Positions 64,000-64,000 of a DNA stretch of 64,000 nucleotides are shown here, one piece after another. The position numbers were made by a program, and so were the translations under genes. This DNA is from Bdellovibrionales bacterium (GTDB taxonomy: Bacteria; Bdellovibrionota; Bdellovibrionia; Bdellovibrionales; UBA1609): assembly GCA_965219095.1 (NCBI GenBank), contig CBDCMT010000001.1:96001-160000 (forward strand). The letters are read 5' to 3'. Within the stretch, counting starts at the first letter, position 1. Every line of letters begins with the position of its first letter. The notes under the pieces are model-generated. The model had not been told where the DNA came from. It saw only the letters and a list, made by a program, of their open reading frames with translations, and made no database searches.

Positions 64000-64000
64000 C

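Overview
AT-rich bacterial chromosomal segment, most likely from a Bdellovibrionota-type organism (inferred from the FabMG-like enoyl reductase, a CheA-like kinase lacking CheW, and many secreted proteases). Intact housekeeping genes (rpsN, pstSCAB, oppA-like, sufE, cca, queG, hutG, tRNA-Asn, trpS, msrPQ, mscS, sucAB-lpdA, mutS, mpl) alternate with a very dense insertion-sequence load: ISL3, IS481, two IS630 types, IS1634, two IS66 types, IS256, and IS3, IS5 and IS982 remnants. The left end holds a secreted-protease cluster (one S8 and three tandem S41 tail-specific proteases); the first S41 gene carries a perfect in-frame (AG)24 microsatellite that looks like a phase-variation switch. Many intergenic regions are patchworks of orphan IS termini fused at 6-12 bp microhomologies. 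An IS1634 insertion duplicated a whole gene through a 258-bp target-site duplication. Many genes appear leaderless (-10 box 6-7 nt before the start codon). Other points of interest are an autoregulated XRE/nucleotidyltransferase pair, a candidate sigma54-driven 53-aa secreted peptide, and overlapping divergent start codons for cca and queG. No CRISPR array, retron/RT, integron or prophage was found. All family calls come from motif recognition by eye; no database search was run.
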